A stretch of 64,000 bases of DNA, taken from Asterionella formosa (Eukaryota). This document shows positions 10,884 through 24,038 of the stretch, piece by piece (position 1 is the stretch's first letter; the number at the start of each line of letters is the position of its first letter). Where the stretch lies: contig NKIB01013045.1 in NCBI GenBank assembly GCA_002256025.1, positions 1 through 64,000 of the forward strand. Direction: 5' to 3'. A program made the translations under genes and the position numbers. Below the pieces are notes generated by a model that worked only from the letters and a program-made list of their open reading frames with translations, was not told where the DNA came from and ran no database searches.

Positions 10884-12290
10884 ATGACGGCTCTGCCAAC
10901 ACCATCATCAACCTTCCTGGCACATTATCAACAGTGTGTACAGCCATGGAAGCAACAATGGTTGTCATGGCAACTACCAGCAGCCTTGCCAGCTGCATTT
11001 CGAAATGAGCTGGTTTCTCAGTTCCATTTGGAAGCTCAATCTGAAAGAGGGAATCAGCAATTGCAGTCCAACAGCAATTGCCATCCAAAAACATCTGCTA
11101 AGCGAAAAAGAAAGAAACGACCTCTGGTGTCAAGGGAAGAGTCATGTTGGTGGAAGAAGTTCCTAACAAACGAAAAGACAAATCTTACAATTGGACATGA
11201 ACACATGGGAAGCAAGACTCTTTCGCAAAAATTTTCGTCTTCCATTCGACATATTCTTGAAACTGAATGATATGACAATCTCAAATGGTTTGTATGATCC
11301 GCACAGGAAAGATTGCACCAATCTTCTGTGCAAGGACCTTGAGTTGCTCCTCCTGGGTGTTCTCTACACTCTAACAACCGGTGCTTCCCATTTGTATGTG
11401 TACATTCGAACTGACATCCTCTCTAAAGAGGTACACCGAAAATTTTCATTCACTGGAATTCAAATTTTGCAGAAAAGAAGTATGAATATTTATACATACT
11501 GAGAGAGGAAGAGGAACATGATGACCAACTGCAACGAATTCTTAATGATTACAGTTCCATTGAGCTTCCAGGTTGTATAGGCTCAGTCGATTGTGTGCAC
11601 ATTGGATGGAATCGATGTCCTGCCTACCAGAAGAATATATTTAAAAGTTCCAAGGGGTATCCTTCAGTTGTTATTGAGGTGGTTTCTGATCACAGAAGAA
11701 AGATTTTATCAATCAGCTACCTACACCCAAGAACAAGAAATGACAAACACATAGTCAAGTTTGATGCTGCTGTTTCCAATCTACACGATAGAAATTCATT
11801 CTTGGCGGGCAAGAGTGGAATGTGCTCACTGTTGAGTCTTTTATTACTTGTAAAGGCTACTATTTCATTTGTGATGGAGGGTACCTACAATGGCCAGTGT
11901 TGATTTGTCCAATTATATATGACAATGAACATGGGAAAGAAGGGCATGGGGTATGATGATGGAGTTTGTTCAAAAAGATATTGAGTGTACTTTTGGTATA
12001 TTGAAAATTCGATGGTTATTTCTTAAGAACTGGAACAACTGTCTTGACCTGAGCATATCGAAAATGCGTTCACATCTTGCTGTATGCTCCATAACATTCT
12101 ATTAGAAAGCGATGGTTACCTTGACTGTGAAAGTTCTGACACACAGCATGTTGTGCATACTGTGCAAGGTGACTGCATGGAATTGAATGTGACTTCACAC
12201 CGCAACTTCTTGAATGAAACAGTGGCTGGGGGTAAACAAAGTCAATGGTGTGTGGAATAGAGTTATACTACTTGTTGATCATTATGACAA
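10884..12290 (+). pseudogene. PIF/Harbinger DDE transposase pseudogene
   Basis: Frameshifted segments FRKNFRLPFDIF, LELLLLGVLYTL, LPGCIGSVDCVHIGWNRCP, KGYPSVVIEVVSDH, NDKHIVKFD, YFICDGGYLQWPVLICP, KDIECTFGILKIRW and CCMLHNILL match DDE_Tnp_4/Plant_tran motifs. Confidence 0.92.
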
Positions 12291-12419
12291 ATTTTGCAAA
12301 AGATATAACAAGAAGCAAGAAGTTCGCAAGATAGCTTAATATATATTGTGTAACTTTATATATTAGTAAAATATATTCATGAGTATTTACTTTGCCTAAT
12401 TAGGTCCTGAACATCAGAG

Positions 12420-13800
12420 CTGTGCATAGAAAAGCAAGCACCACAACACCAAGTGTTCTTTAGATTTCGAAAACCATCATAGCAAATGGATCATACAAAT
12501 TTGTTGCAATCAATGCAAAGGTGTTCACTGTTCATGACTTGGCAGTCAGTGCAAATGCCTCCAACAAGTCCTGGGCCTTGATCTTTATCTTGCTCATCAT
12601 TACGATCAAAAAGAGGGAATTGGGGTAGTATTTGTTGGAGTGAGCTCATTTCCAAAGACACTTGTTGCAATGACAACACTTTTGTCAGTAAAAACAGCAC
12701 TTGTACTCTCAACATCATAAGTTTGTTAGGGAAGGTAGATTATCAAAACAATTCAAAACAGCTGCATGATATCTGTCTTCAGGGAGTATGTGCTTGAATC
12801 TCTCATATAGATCAAGATGAGCAACAATCTCATCAGTTTTTCCCTTTCGAGTTTGTGCTGCTTGAAAATTGAGCATCGACATATCCATCTTGGTTGGGGT
12901 TTTCTGTTTGCTTGATGATGAATATTCATCATGATGACGCTTTTGTTTGCTGCTCCTACCAAGCTCCTTATTCCTCTTCTCTTCGTGATCTGCCAGCAGC
13001 ATAGCTCGTCGACTTATATTTACAACATCACTGTCTTTCACATCTGGAACCAATTGCATATTCTTCCGAAAAATCGTTAAAGTAAGCATATAGCTAGCAC
13101 AAAGTTGGATCCCTGTATTCCCAATGATTACTTTAACTGGTACATTATCCTACCAAGAAATTTAAATAAAGGAACCTACTAAAAGAAACAATACATATGA
13201 TAATTAAATTTCCATAGTCAAAAGGGTTACTATTTAAATTACGAGGGCATTTATCAAAATTATTAGATGATATAACGAAAAATTATGATCAGATGATCTT
13301 ATAATCCTATGATGCATCGTTGGAATATCATGGTTTTTATTTGCAGACGTTCAATGTTGGAGATATTGAAAGGCGAAAAGTACCATGGCCTGTGTTGCTG
13401 GGATTGTGTGTTCATTGGGCAACAAAGAAACGAAAATCTTGTGCTAAGATGCCTTAGGCTCGTCATTTTCAATGTTGTAAGCCTCTGCCTGTTGCTTTGT
13501 ATGTGTTGAGTATTGGCAGCATTCAGACAAGTGTAAACCAGTTTACAGGGCAAGGGTTAGCCATTTGGCCAAGGATGGCATGTGATGATGCTGTTTGGGT
13601 TTGCTTCTTTTTGTGCTTGTTTGCAGAGGAAATTAAGCATTTCGTTGGTAATAGGTTGGTTTTTCAGGGTCAGTTTATTTTTCATCAAGAGATTTTCCTC
13701 ATGGATTTTTCGCAATTCATAGCAAAGTCCTTGTGTGTTGAAGTGATCTGAGGATCAAGGAAGAGTTTTTGCATCGTTGACAATTTTAACTGTCGGAAAT
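12420..13800 (-). pseudogene. Decayed Harbinger accessory ORF with a C-terminal Cys cluster
   Basis: Fragmented ORFs 12715-13089 and 12491-12718, convergent on the transposase. They end in C-x2-C-x7-H-x-C-x2-C...C...C-x2-C (B-box/zinc-finger-like). Confidence 0.5.
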
Positions 13801-14026
13801 GGTTCAGTAATTGTTGGGCAATGAAGTGTATATCTGGTGGCAAATGGTGCTTGTTTCACCAATGTGCCGTGGATTTTGTCTCCCAGGGCAAGGAGGGAGC
13901 CAGCATCTGGATGTTGCATTGGTGTTTGGAGTACCGAGAATGGGTATGCTGTTTTGGCTGCAATATTTCATGTAAACGTGACACTGAGCTGTACTAGATA
14001 GTTTTGGTTGTGGGAATAATAATTAC

Positions 14027-14616
14027 AGATCCAATATCGGGGGTTCAGGATCTTGAAGTGCTCAGGACTTGGTTGGAAGCACCTCAAAAACCTTGAATCT
14101 TGGGAATCTGGGGAATGACTTAGTGGTTGTTAGCACGTCCACTGTGGTGGCGGGTTTAATTCCTGCATTCTCCACCTGTCTTTTTCATGTAGTCCCTAGG
14201 GTTCCGGAGGGTGCGGCTGACGAAAAGACAGGTCACGTTGTACTGTACGGACGAATAAAACCGGTACTTATTGTGTCCATCTCTATTATATTGGTGGGCC
14301 TGAGTGCAATTATTGTATAGATCCAATATCGGGGGTTCAGGATCTTGAAGTGCTCGGGACTTGGTTGGAAGCACCTCAAAAACCTTGAATCTCGGGAATC
14401 TGGGGAATGACTTAGTGGTTGTTAGGACGTCCACTGTGGTGGTGGGTTTAATTCCTGCATTCTCCACCTGTCTTTTTCATGTAGTCCCTAGGGTTCCGGA
14501 GGGTGCAGCTGATGAAAAGACAGGTCCCGTTGTACTGTACGGACGAATAAAACCGGTACTTATTGTGTCCATCTCTATTATATTGCTTGGTGGGCCTGAG
14601 TGCAATTATTGTATAG
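14027..14616. repeat. 292-bp tandem duplication (2 near-identical copies)
   Basis: AGATCCAATATCGGGGGTTCAGG occurs at 14027 and 14319. ORFs 14069 and 14361 are near-identical and offset by 292. Confidence 0.95.
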
Positions 14617-15649
14617 CTTTAATGTACTATTAGATTTAAATGACATTTTGGACCTCGGGAATCTGTTGTTGGAGAGATTCAGTAGCAACATGAAAAATGT
14701 GACGTCAAGTTGAAAATAGGTGTGATCAAAATTGTTCATGATATTTTGTTGGCTTTAAACATTTTCCTCTCCCTAAGTACTAACCTTGATATAGGAACTG
14801 ATACCAATCAGTTGTTCTTCCGAAATTTGTAGTTACACAGATAACACCATTGCAATGACATTGCAAATTTAAAATGATGATAAAGTCAGGATATGAACAG
14901 GATAGAATGAGAATGAATTAATAATAATAAATTTAGCATCACTCCAATCATGCCATGCTAGAGTCGTGACATTTGTGCCCATTCTTCATCAGGATTTTGT
15001 AACAAAATATATCCAAAGGACTCTTTCGTTTGTGGTTGGTTGAAAGAACACTTGACATCTTTCTGGTCCATGCTGATGTTTGTGTTTGTCTGTCCATATT
15101 TGTGGACTGGGCCAGGGCTAGTGGTTCTTGTTGTGTATTTTTTCCAATTGCTTAATATATATTATATTAATATATATATATATATATACTCCATTCATTT
15201 CCTTCTATTATATCATTTTGAGGCTTTTTAGACAAGTCATGTTGTTTTCAAACAATTTATGTCTCTGTGTTTCTTCGATCTTCAAAATTTCCAACTCCAT
15301 GAGAATCACTTAAAATATATATAATCTCTTCTTTCTTTGTACAAACAATTGTGGATCATCCAGCTCGTGTTGCTCCTGTTTTTTCGTTTCATCGCTCAAG
15401 AGGAAAATTTGCACACATTCTTCCTCATAGTAGTAATGATTTTCAAGAATCTATAGTTTAGAATTTGCTCGCATTCTTCCTCGATAGTCCAGGTTTGCAT
15501 TTGGTGATCGCCATCAAGATTGTCCCATCTTTCACCTTTCTGAAAGAACGATGACGGGACTGGACAGCTTCTGAAGGAGCGATGCAAAAAACTGGACAAC
15601 AACTCCATGAAGTTAGTTAGTTATGAACTACTTACTTTGTACAAGTCGT

Positions 15650-15777
15650 TGTCCTTGCCGCTGGGGGCCCGGAAAGAATCAACAAATGTATACTGTCCTT
15701 GCCGTGGGGGCCGGAAAGAATCAACAAATGTATACGTTGTCCTTGCCGTGGGGGCCGGAAAGAATCAACAATGTATA
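15650..15777. repeat. Minisatellite, 3 x ~43 bp
   Basis: TGTCCTTGCCG(C)TGGGGGCC(C)GGAAAGAATCAACAAATGTATA repeated three times. Confidence 0.95.
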
Positions 15778-17959
15778 AAATCTTAATCCTTTTTTCCACC
15801 CCATGGTAAAAAACCAATGCTAAAAAGGTCTGTCTGTTTTCCACATCCATAAGATTTTGTAAGTTTTCATATCATCACACTTCTAGAGATCGATCGATCG
15901 TCAAATCGAATTCTGTGTTATCGATATCCTCAATAATACCGGTATTACAAAATTGCGTCGGGTGTACGTAGGTTTCGCAAACTGACTAGATACCGTAGTA
16001 TTTTTGGTGGCCTCGGCAGGGCTCCTTGTCCAGAGGAACGAATTTCATTTGAGGTCTTGTTTTCCTGTCACAATTGATGATTGACCGTACTGATTCATTT
16101 TCCATAAAAAAGCATTAGAATAAATTAGCTTTGCAAACTTCGTCGTATTCCTTACATCGCGAATCAAGTTGACTGATTGATATGATACAGCTTCCTTGAC
16201 GTCACTGCTCAATATTGTATATTGGATTGATACCAGCTAACTTTAAAAGTACTGTGCCGATCTGGGATAAAACGCTGCTAGTAGTAGTTGGTAGAAACCC
16301 AGACTTTGTCGATCTTCATGTTCCAATGATTAGGCACATGCAAGGACCAGTGGAATCGATCGCGTATTTGGATTTTTCCAAATGAATTAAGTAAAAAGAA
16401 GTTTCTATATCGATGTAGATTGTAGGTCCTTATTGTGATGTGCAACTTTGATGACTCCAAAACAGTTTCCTGCGTTTCATACAGATCTCTTATGAAAAAT
16501 TTTCAGACTGTTTGTCTTAATGGCTTTTGGGAGACTGCTGTTGGTTTGTGTGATGATTGGAATACATACTTCCTTCCCGGGGATAAATTTTAACACTGTT
16601 CGTTGCTTTTCTGTGCTTTCAAAAAAGCCACAGATTATCATAATTTCGTCGTCGTCTTTCTCATTCCTTTCCCGACGTTTGCGAAGATCATAATAGACGA
16701 ACACTGATGAAGTACCTTCATGATTGTTAGTGAGTCTTTCCTTCATGCCGTGATTATCAATCAGTATTTTAGTGTGTGGTATGCTATTGTAATTCTTCCT
16801 GTTCCGATGTGGTTACTGTTCTCTCTGAAATCCTGTTCTTCTGAAATTGCTCCGCCGTAGTGGTGTTGAAATTGTTCTTCTGTTTTGGAATGGTTGTAGG
16901 GACGACTGTTGCTGGATGCACCGATTGTAGTTCGGTATTGGTATCGACATGTTGAGTTGGGTGAGTTTGCCGAATGCCGATTTTCTGTTGTAGCAACCCC
17001 TTTATTCAAAGTTGCGAAATAGTTGGAAACATTCCCGGTCGTTAAGGCAATTGCTTACGCTTTGGCGCGGCTAATTTGGATTTTACGCAGTTTTGATTAT
17101 AATTTCTATAATTGATCTGTTCTTCTGTTGTTGTGCCATGCAATGCGAGCTTGTCTCCGACTATAGCGGTGAAAGGGGAAGTGATTGGAACTTGTTTCTT
17201 CTCTACCGATGACTCTCTTGCGATGTTCGTGAAACAAAACGCTTGCGGCCCTGCTTTTAATGATGATGATGCCTTAAGGGAAGAAGGCGGAGAATTTTGG
17301 GGTGACCATGTGTGCTAATTTTTGGCGGCTTTCGTAAGTATAACCTCTTCCCATTCGTTTGCGCACCGAAAAAGTTGGGTTCTCTATGAAATTGTTCTAT
17401 CCATGGTAAGCAGAAAAACTTTTCTTCCACGGTAATTTGTTCAAGCTTTGGCAGGCTTCGATTTCTTTATTCGGATTGAACAAGATATGAAAGTGTACGA
17501 AAGTCCAGGTCAAAGAAACCATTTGAATGAAACTTGCTTGATGGCTCAGCAAAACGTCGTACAAAGCTTGCTCATGATCTAGCTTGAAAGGCTTCAGAAT
17601 GTTTCGAAATCGAAATTATTCGTTTTACCTTTCTTTCATGTCTGTTGATACCAGCATCAAAAATCCAGTTAATTGGTTAATTAATTGTTTGCAATCCTCC
17701 GATCATTCCGCAGTTTTTTATTCAGTTTTTGCCGAAAAATAATATTTCACAGCGTTCAATTATATAAGGACCTCATGAAGAAACTGGCATTGTCAATGAA
17801 ATACCATGCATTGACATGAAGTGTACTAAAAAATTAAAAAATCTCAGGTTATTTAGTAGGTTCCACTGATTTCAACTTACTGCCCAAAAATAGTAAGTTG
17901 TGGTTATAGCATCCTCCACATTTTTACGCCATGAAGTTGTACTTGCATATCGGACTATG

Positions 17960-18850
17960 TCATGACCCACAATGAAACATCCCCTGTGTGGCACAACATT
18001 CACGCAAGAACGAAGCCTACAGAAGATACTAGATCGGTCGTCCTACCTTTCAACTTTGTTAACAAGGAAGGGTTTCAACAAAATGACAAAGCGCATTTTA
18101 TTTTTTGGACCACCGAACCTTGCGGCATTCGGTTTTACCGACACAGATACAGACCAAGGAATAGCGCAAATACATTGCTTCTGGAGCACCTCCGTCAACA
18201 AGACGAAATCGCCCAACTACTGCATATTATATTAGAACATGTCCAACTTCAAATGGGTATAGCGGCACTTCCATTTCAATTCCCAATTGCACCAGCCCTT
18301 CGATATATTGAGCATATCTGGATCACTTCAGTGTGGCAGTTCGTTGATCAAATCAAGGGCAAAGTACATATTGAAGAGTCATGGCAGCTACAGTTACAAG
18401 GAACTAATGGAGAATTTCTGATGGATGTGTTTCATCGGCGTCCACAATTTCAGCCATCTAAGGCCCAAGGACTTGAAGAGACTAAATGCATGTCGATTAT
18501 ACCTACAGGTGATTACTCTAGCAAACATCACTGATGGTTCCGGCACCTACATCCCATCTAACTTTCTATAGGGACAAAAATGAAAGATTGACGGAGTACA
18601 TTCACATGGCCAAATCAATCACAGCATTGCGACTTTGGAAAAACACAATATCTCGATGTTTTTGTATTTCTCGCTTGTGCACGAAGCTAGAGCACGGGAT
18701 AACAGAGCGACTTGGTTGCTGGCGGGCACCAAGAATGGACTTTTCAAATGGATATGGCCACAATGAACCTTATCCAGCAGACAGATAAAGGTATTTTCTT
18801 AGTTCACTGCCCTGGGCACTCTCCCAGAATTTTCTCCGGGGAGTATACTA
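17960..18850 (+). mobile_element. Non-LTR retrotransposon (Ambal-like LINE) ORF2 fragment, post-RT region
   Basis: Frameshifted segments KGFNKMTKRILFFGPPNLAAFGF..DQGIAQI, LEHLR..QLQMG..YIEHIWITSVWQF..FLMDVF and LNACRLYLQVITLANITDGSG are typical of diatom Ambal-type LINEs. Confidence 0.75.
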
Positions 18851-19703
18851 TCAAAGGCCATCGCTTCTACTACCAGTAACTATAAAAACAAAAACAGCAG
18901 AGTTCTTTGAAATTACAGGTCTTCCACCACTCACATTCTTGCGACGGCCACATGCATGCAACTTAGTTTCAAACCAAGCAAGAAGACAAAGAGAAACACA
19001 TCCCAGGTAGATCAGTTTCTCAAATTGGCAGCCAATACAGTGGTAGTAGCTGACATAGGTTCACCAGTTGGGTTTCTAACTTATGCAATTGGGAAATTTT
19101 GCGCCACCAAATTGATCCATTTCTTTCCTTTTATCTCGAGACTTTTCATTTCGTTCTGAGGCAACAAGTTCCCACTCATGGGATCTGTCTATGTAGATGA
19201 CTAAAATAATGATTATCTGGTTGATCCGAAACTGCTGGTGGTAAATCAGGCCTTTTGTTGGTGGTCAATCTCAATCACCTCATTGCCTGCTGTTGAAGGC
19301 GGCAGCAACTCCTTCTTGCAATTATTGCAGTTGGACATAATGCGAAAAATTCAATGATCTCAGCCTTGATGCTGATAGACTGAGAGACACAGCCAAATCC
19401 TGCTATGTTGCTTGTCTCTTTGGCACCACAAACACCATATTCGTTGCCCTCACTCTCTGAAGGTTTTAGTAACTCTTGTCCTTGCTGAAGACAGAGATGT
19501 CGATCATCAGCCTTAGAGACGAGAGGAAGGGAAACTCTCTGGCCGATCCTTTGACCAGCAGAAGAAAGGCTGCATCCCAATACAACCAGAGGATGGTTGA
19601 TTTTATTGAGTATACATATATATGTACACCCCTTTTCTAGCAAGAGCGAACCATTTCGGTAAGAGCAAGGAAGTCTTGAAAATTTCCAATTCATGAATAT
19701 ACA

Positions 19704-19782
19704 TGGTTGGGGACTCACCTACGCTAACAAAACTAGGGAAGCACAGGTCTTGTTGGCAGGGAGCACAATAAAAAACTTGCCT
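19704..19782 (+). repeat. Fragment of the SINE-like family at 21905-22216
   Basis: TGGTTGGGGACTCACCTACGCTAACAAAA..GGAAGCACAGGT..TGGCAG..ACTTGCCT matches the reverse complement of 21911-21991. Confidence 0.7.
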
Positions 19783-20388
19783 TTGATTAATAAAGCATTG
19801 ATATAAATCTTTTTATGACTTCAGATTGTACCCATTGTCTAGTACTAAGAGAAACCGTAGCTAACTCATGCAGTTCCCCAATGCATCAGGGCAATACAAT
19901 CTAAATCTATTTATATATATAAACTACACATATGCAAACAAGTTGCCCAGCATGGGGCATGCCAGCAATTGAATACCAAAATATTGACAGATTTTCGTAC
20001 AATGAACTACGCTGAAAAATACATACAATAAATCATAAGTATACATAAATTCATGATTGCGAAAAAATGAAGTCCTCTGTAAAAACAGAAGGTTGCTTTG
20101 TAGTTCTGAAATTTGAGGGTTTCATCATTCATCAAATAGGAGAACAACTTGAGAACCTGTCCACATGCTTACCCATTGGGCCACAGCTATGTACAACAAA
20201 ATTGCATGGCAACAACAATGAGAAGCCTGAAGTTCAAAAACACAGATTCTGGGCAGCTGGCAGTTTATTTTATACAATCACAAAACTGTATTTCCTGACC
20301 ATACATACGGAAATCACCAGAAAACCTATCTTGGGTTATTTTCCTTCATCAGATTGCAGAACAACCAGAGCAACTTGTCATGTACTAA

Positions 20389-20877
20389 CTACCCCATATT
20401 GGCCACATCCACTACAGCCTTGAACGAAAAGGGTTCCTGTGCAGCTAATTCAGCCAAAACTTTCCGGTTTAACGTGATGTTGCTTTTGTTTAATTTCGGA
20501 AAAAAACGTGAGTAACTCTCTCCGTATTGACTTACTCCGGCATTGACCCTGATTATCCACAACTTCCGCCATTCTCGTTTCTGTAAACGACGGTGTACAT
20601 ACATGTACTGCCAGGACTTCTGGAGGCGCCGAATGGCAATGGTATAGCAGTTCTTGGCCTTGCCTCTAAATCCCTTCGTCTGGCGTAGAACACTCTTGTG
20701 CTGCAAATGAAAATACATCATGATGGTGAGAAGGAGAGTTCGCTCGAAAGAAACGCCACGACAATCATGGTATTTTACCTGTTTGCTGGCAAAGAATCGA
20801 AGACTCTGAAGTTGGGTTGCTGGTCGCGGCTGCTTCAGTTTCAACGATAAGTTGAAGACAGAAGAAATAAACGACAT
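20389..20877 (-). CDS. rplT: Mitochondrial ribosomal protein L20 (bL20). Exons 20877-20779 and 20700-20389.
   Basis: Motifs KGFRG, RRLQKREWRKLWIIRVNAG and LNRKVLAELA. The N-terminal presequence is Ser/Arg-rich. GT-AG intron 20778-20701. Confidence 0.93.
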   Translation of the reverse strand: MSFISSVFNLSLKLKQPRPATQLQSLRFFASKQVKYHDCRGVSFERTLLLTIMMYFHLQHKSVLRQTKGFRGKAKNCYTIAIRRLQKSWQYMYVHRRLQKREWRKLWIIRVNAGVSQYGESYSRFFPKLNKSNITLNRKVLAELAAQEPFSFKAVVDVANMG

Positions 20878-21904
20878 AGCTTGTCTTTCCTTTCCTGCTT
20901 GCGTTACTTTGGTTGCAGTGGTTTCGATACTTATGATTGCTCAGAAGATAGAAAGATCCGAAAGAATGATAGATATGTTAGAGGGAATGTCGATGGAGGA
21001 GCGGACTGGCTTTGCATCCATCCTCTATCATTGTGATGATCCCTACGATACCATCAGGTACGGGTATTTATGTTGGTGGAATATTTTCGTACTACACCGC
21101 GAACGACGGAAATCCCGATCCTATTTACCGGGAACGCAGTTAACCCCGTAGTGGAAGCGGGTGCGAAAGTACAGGTACCAGGGTACGTGTATTCTGGGAA
21201 TAGACCATCGTATATATATATAGAGTACTTACTATGTAGTCACCACGAGTACATATACAGTAGCACTATATTACTGTAAATAGACGACAAAGTCTATTAC
21301 TGGTATGTACGTACATGAATAATATTCATATACCCGAAATGAAGTGAAAAAATCAATGTATAGCTAAGAATGAAAAATAGTGAAAAAAGTAATGCAACTA
21401 CAGTAGTATGAAATCATGCATCTGTGTAATAATAACTCACCTAAACACATACAACTAGCTGTGTATGACCACAAGTGTGATGATCAGCAGATATCAATTG
21501 ATTGACAATCTAATCTGTGGCACTGTTCTATCTGGAATATATACCTCATACATTTGTCAATTTGCATTGTGGCAGTGAAAAGAATACAGCTCAAAGTAGG
21601 GCAGTCATTGCATCCCACACAACACTGTGGCAAGCAACAATACTCCACCTTTCTCATTCTATCCTGCTCAACCCTTAAATTTTTTTGCTACCTTACAAAC
21701 CTAATTCCAACTTTACATTCCTTCCAAACAACAACTAGTGTTTGGTGTAATGGAAAGACTACAAGGTATCAACACAACGGTTACAGAAGAAGAACCACTC
21801 AAAGACAACAAGATAAACGACAAAGAAAATGGTTACCTCCTTTTTTCAGACAATCATGGCTGACAAAAGAAGGATAGTATGTTTTATACCCCATTTGTTC
21901 TCCC

Positions 21905-22216
21905 CTATTTCTAGGCAAGTCTTTCATCATGCTATCTGCCGACGACACCTGAGCTTCCTTATTTTTGTTAGCATAGGTGAGTCCCCAACCACTATCTTAG
22001 CGGCAGCGTTAGGGGAAACTCCGACCGGCTATGAAGGCGGCACAAGCTGCTGGTAGGGCGGCAACCCACTTTTTCTTGCACACCACCAGGCAAGACCGTT
22101 AGGAGTGGTGTGGGAGTCGAACCCAACAATTCCTTCTCAAAAAATTGCGGGAATCGAACCTCACAACCTCAGATCAAAGGCAACCAAATCAATAAGCCAT
22201 TCCCTCAGTGAGCACT
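21905..22216 (-). mobile_element. tRNA-derived SINE-like element (degenerate)
   Basis: Two minus-strand B-boxes: GGTTCGATTCC (22160-22150) and GGTTCGACTCC (22123-22113). A GC-rich body follows, and the tail is repeated at 19704-19782. Confidence 0.5.
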
Positions 22217-22979
22217 ATTACAGTGTAAGAAGGAGTGGAGTATAATAGAATGGCAATGTACAAAACATTGACAAGAATGATGAAGAAGAAAGAGAAATAA
22301 AGAAGTCACAGATGAAGAAATTGCGCCAGTGGTAGATGCACTGCTCAAATCAATAATTTTATGATGAGGAAGACAACGAAGAAAAAGACAAAAACAATGA
22401 GTTGGAAGCCCTGGAATCAGCATTTGCTATGGATACTGCACTGCAAATAGAACCAACATCTGAAGTGGGGCCAACATGTACAATCTTTAAACCAATCTAC
22501 ATTCACCATACAATTCTCTGGCTGACACGAGAAGTGGTGTCATAGCGAACATGCTGATAGTAGTTCTCAGCTAATAGGGCTTCAATCCTTCTTTAATTTA
22601 GGTCAGAAGCACACCCAAGTTCAAAATCTTCATCATATATTATTTACAGTGATGAATATAAATTTCTCGCTTTATTGTCTCCTCCATAAGCTTGTCAAAT
22701 CAATCTGTAAAGAACATAATGGTAGATGAAACCTGGCGCGCCCATGTAAAATATAAACCATGAGAAGTACATAGATATGTGTTATACATGATGTACAATA
22801 TGCCGATTTATGTCATGAAAATACCATTATGGGTACATGGGAAGTAGGTAGTTTCCCGTACCTTCCTGCATTGAACCACTGAGACTGAATTTTACATTTA
22901 TATTGATGTGAGTATCTTCTGAAAAGACGTTCAAATGAAAACAATACAAGCATACCGGTGCCTTTTGACATCAATCCCA

Positions 22980-23640
22980 AAAAAATTTCAGAGAGAAGCG
23001 AGTTAATGAATCACACAAATGGTACAATACGAGTCAATGCCATTTTTGTTGATACCATTTTAAAATTAGTTATGTTTCTTCCTGGCATGCTCAGTACATG
23101 TACTGCCCTGGAATGACTGCTGAAGATCGTTCTCATGACGCAACATATTATCCTTTGATATAAATTCTGTCAATTTCCATTTAGATACTCCAAAGACTAC
23201 ATCTAGCCTTTGGACACCTGTCGACATCAACAGCCCAACAGGCACATGCTGACAGCCGGCCATCACCTCAACAGGTTTCAAAAATTCCAATTGAGTCGAA
23301 TTATCGCCGTAACATGCGATGATATAAAGTGACAGAGTCGACATAAATCGGGACAAGCTTCAACTTTTTGAGGTTGTGCCAGGGGAATCCCAAACAACAA
23401 TCCACCTGCATCACCAATTTCATCAGGTGTGGTGTTGAAGCAGATCTGGTTGTCGAAGAAGTGAGTGATCCAGATATTGCAAAGTCGAATAATGTTGCAT
23501 TGGGAATCGATTTTACAGGGTTGGATAATTGAAGCTGTGACTGGAAGGAACAAATGCAATGATGCCTTTTGACAATGGGAATGGGAGGAAATAAAGAAAT
23601 GCAACAATGTATCACAAGAATGAAAAAGAATTCTCTAAAA
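22980..23640 (-). pseudogene. Highly decayed Harbinger-like transposase N-terminal fragment
   Basis: VGLLMSTG..LDVVFGVS..EIDRI resembles the HARBI1-type helix-turn-helix region. There are many stops and frameshifts. Confidence 0.35.
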
Positions 23641-24038
23641 TTCTTTGTATCTTTTCTTTGATGGAAGGACAGACATAGCCAATACAGTGATAAGCATTAA
23701 AAAGATTGTCCTTGTGACTTCGGTATACATTTTGAATGTCGAGTTTTTTGCGTCCATGTGATGCATGATATAATCACATGTCAATGTATCTGCCAAATCT
23801 TGTAGGCTACATAGCTATTACGGGTACACATGCATTCCATGAATTTCTATTTTCTCTTCCTTCTGTCTATTTCGAGATTCGGCAGACCAACATTGCCATC
23901 ATTCCTGGCTATGCTAATTAATCAAGGACTGTTTACGACCGTTCAGTCAGCTACAGAGTAGATTACAAAAAGTTAATGCTAGCTCGTACAAAGTACTTGT
24001 GCCTTGAATAATGATTGTAACTGACTCTTTCAAACCTC

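Larger units (their letters stand above)
10470..14620 (+). mobile_element. Decayed two-ORF PIF/Harbinger transposon; right TIR not found
   Basis: TTA is followed by the left end GGCGCCCCCGTCTTACGG, then subterminal CCCGA/TTCG repeats, a plus-strand transposase and a convergent minus-strand second ORF. The 3' boundary is approximate. Confidence 0.7.

Noticed and set aside
14200..14560. Hammerhead ribozyme (CTGAYGA...GAA) in the 292-bp repeat
   Set aside because: No stem II directly after CTGANGA and no GAAA core.
16000..17340. Gene from the small minus-strand ORFs
   Set aside because: Fragmented, with no recognisable domain or consistent splice path. Probably a decayed relic.
19140..19718. 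147-aa ORF as a real gene
   Set aside because: It starts inside the SINE-like fragment, has no domain and lies in a degraded TE island.
22100..22216. Functional tRNA gene
   Set aside because: B-boxes are present, but there is no convincing acceptor or D stem.
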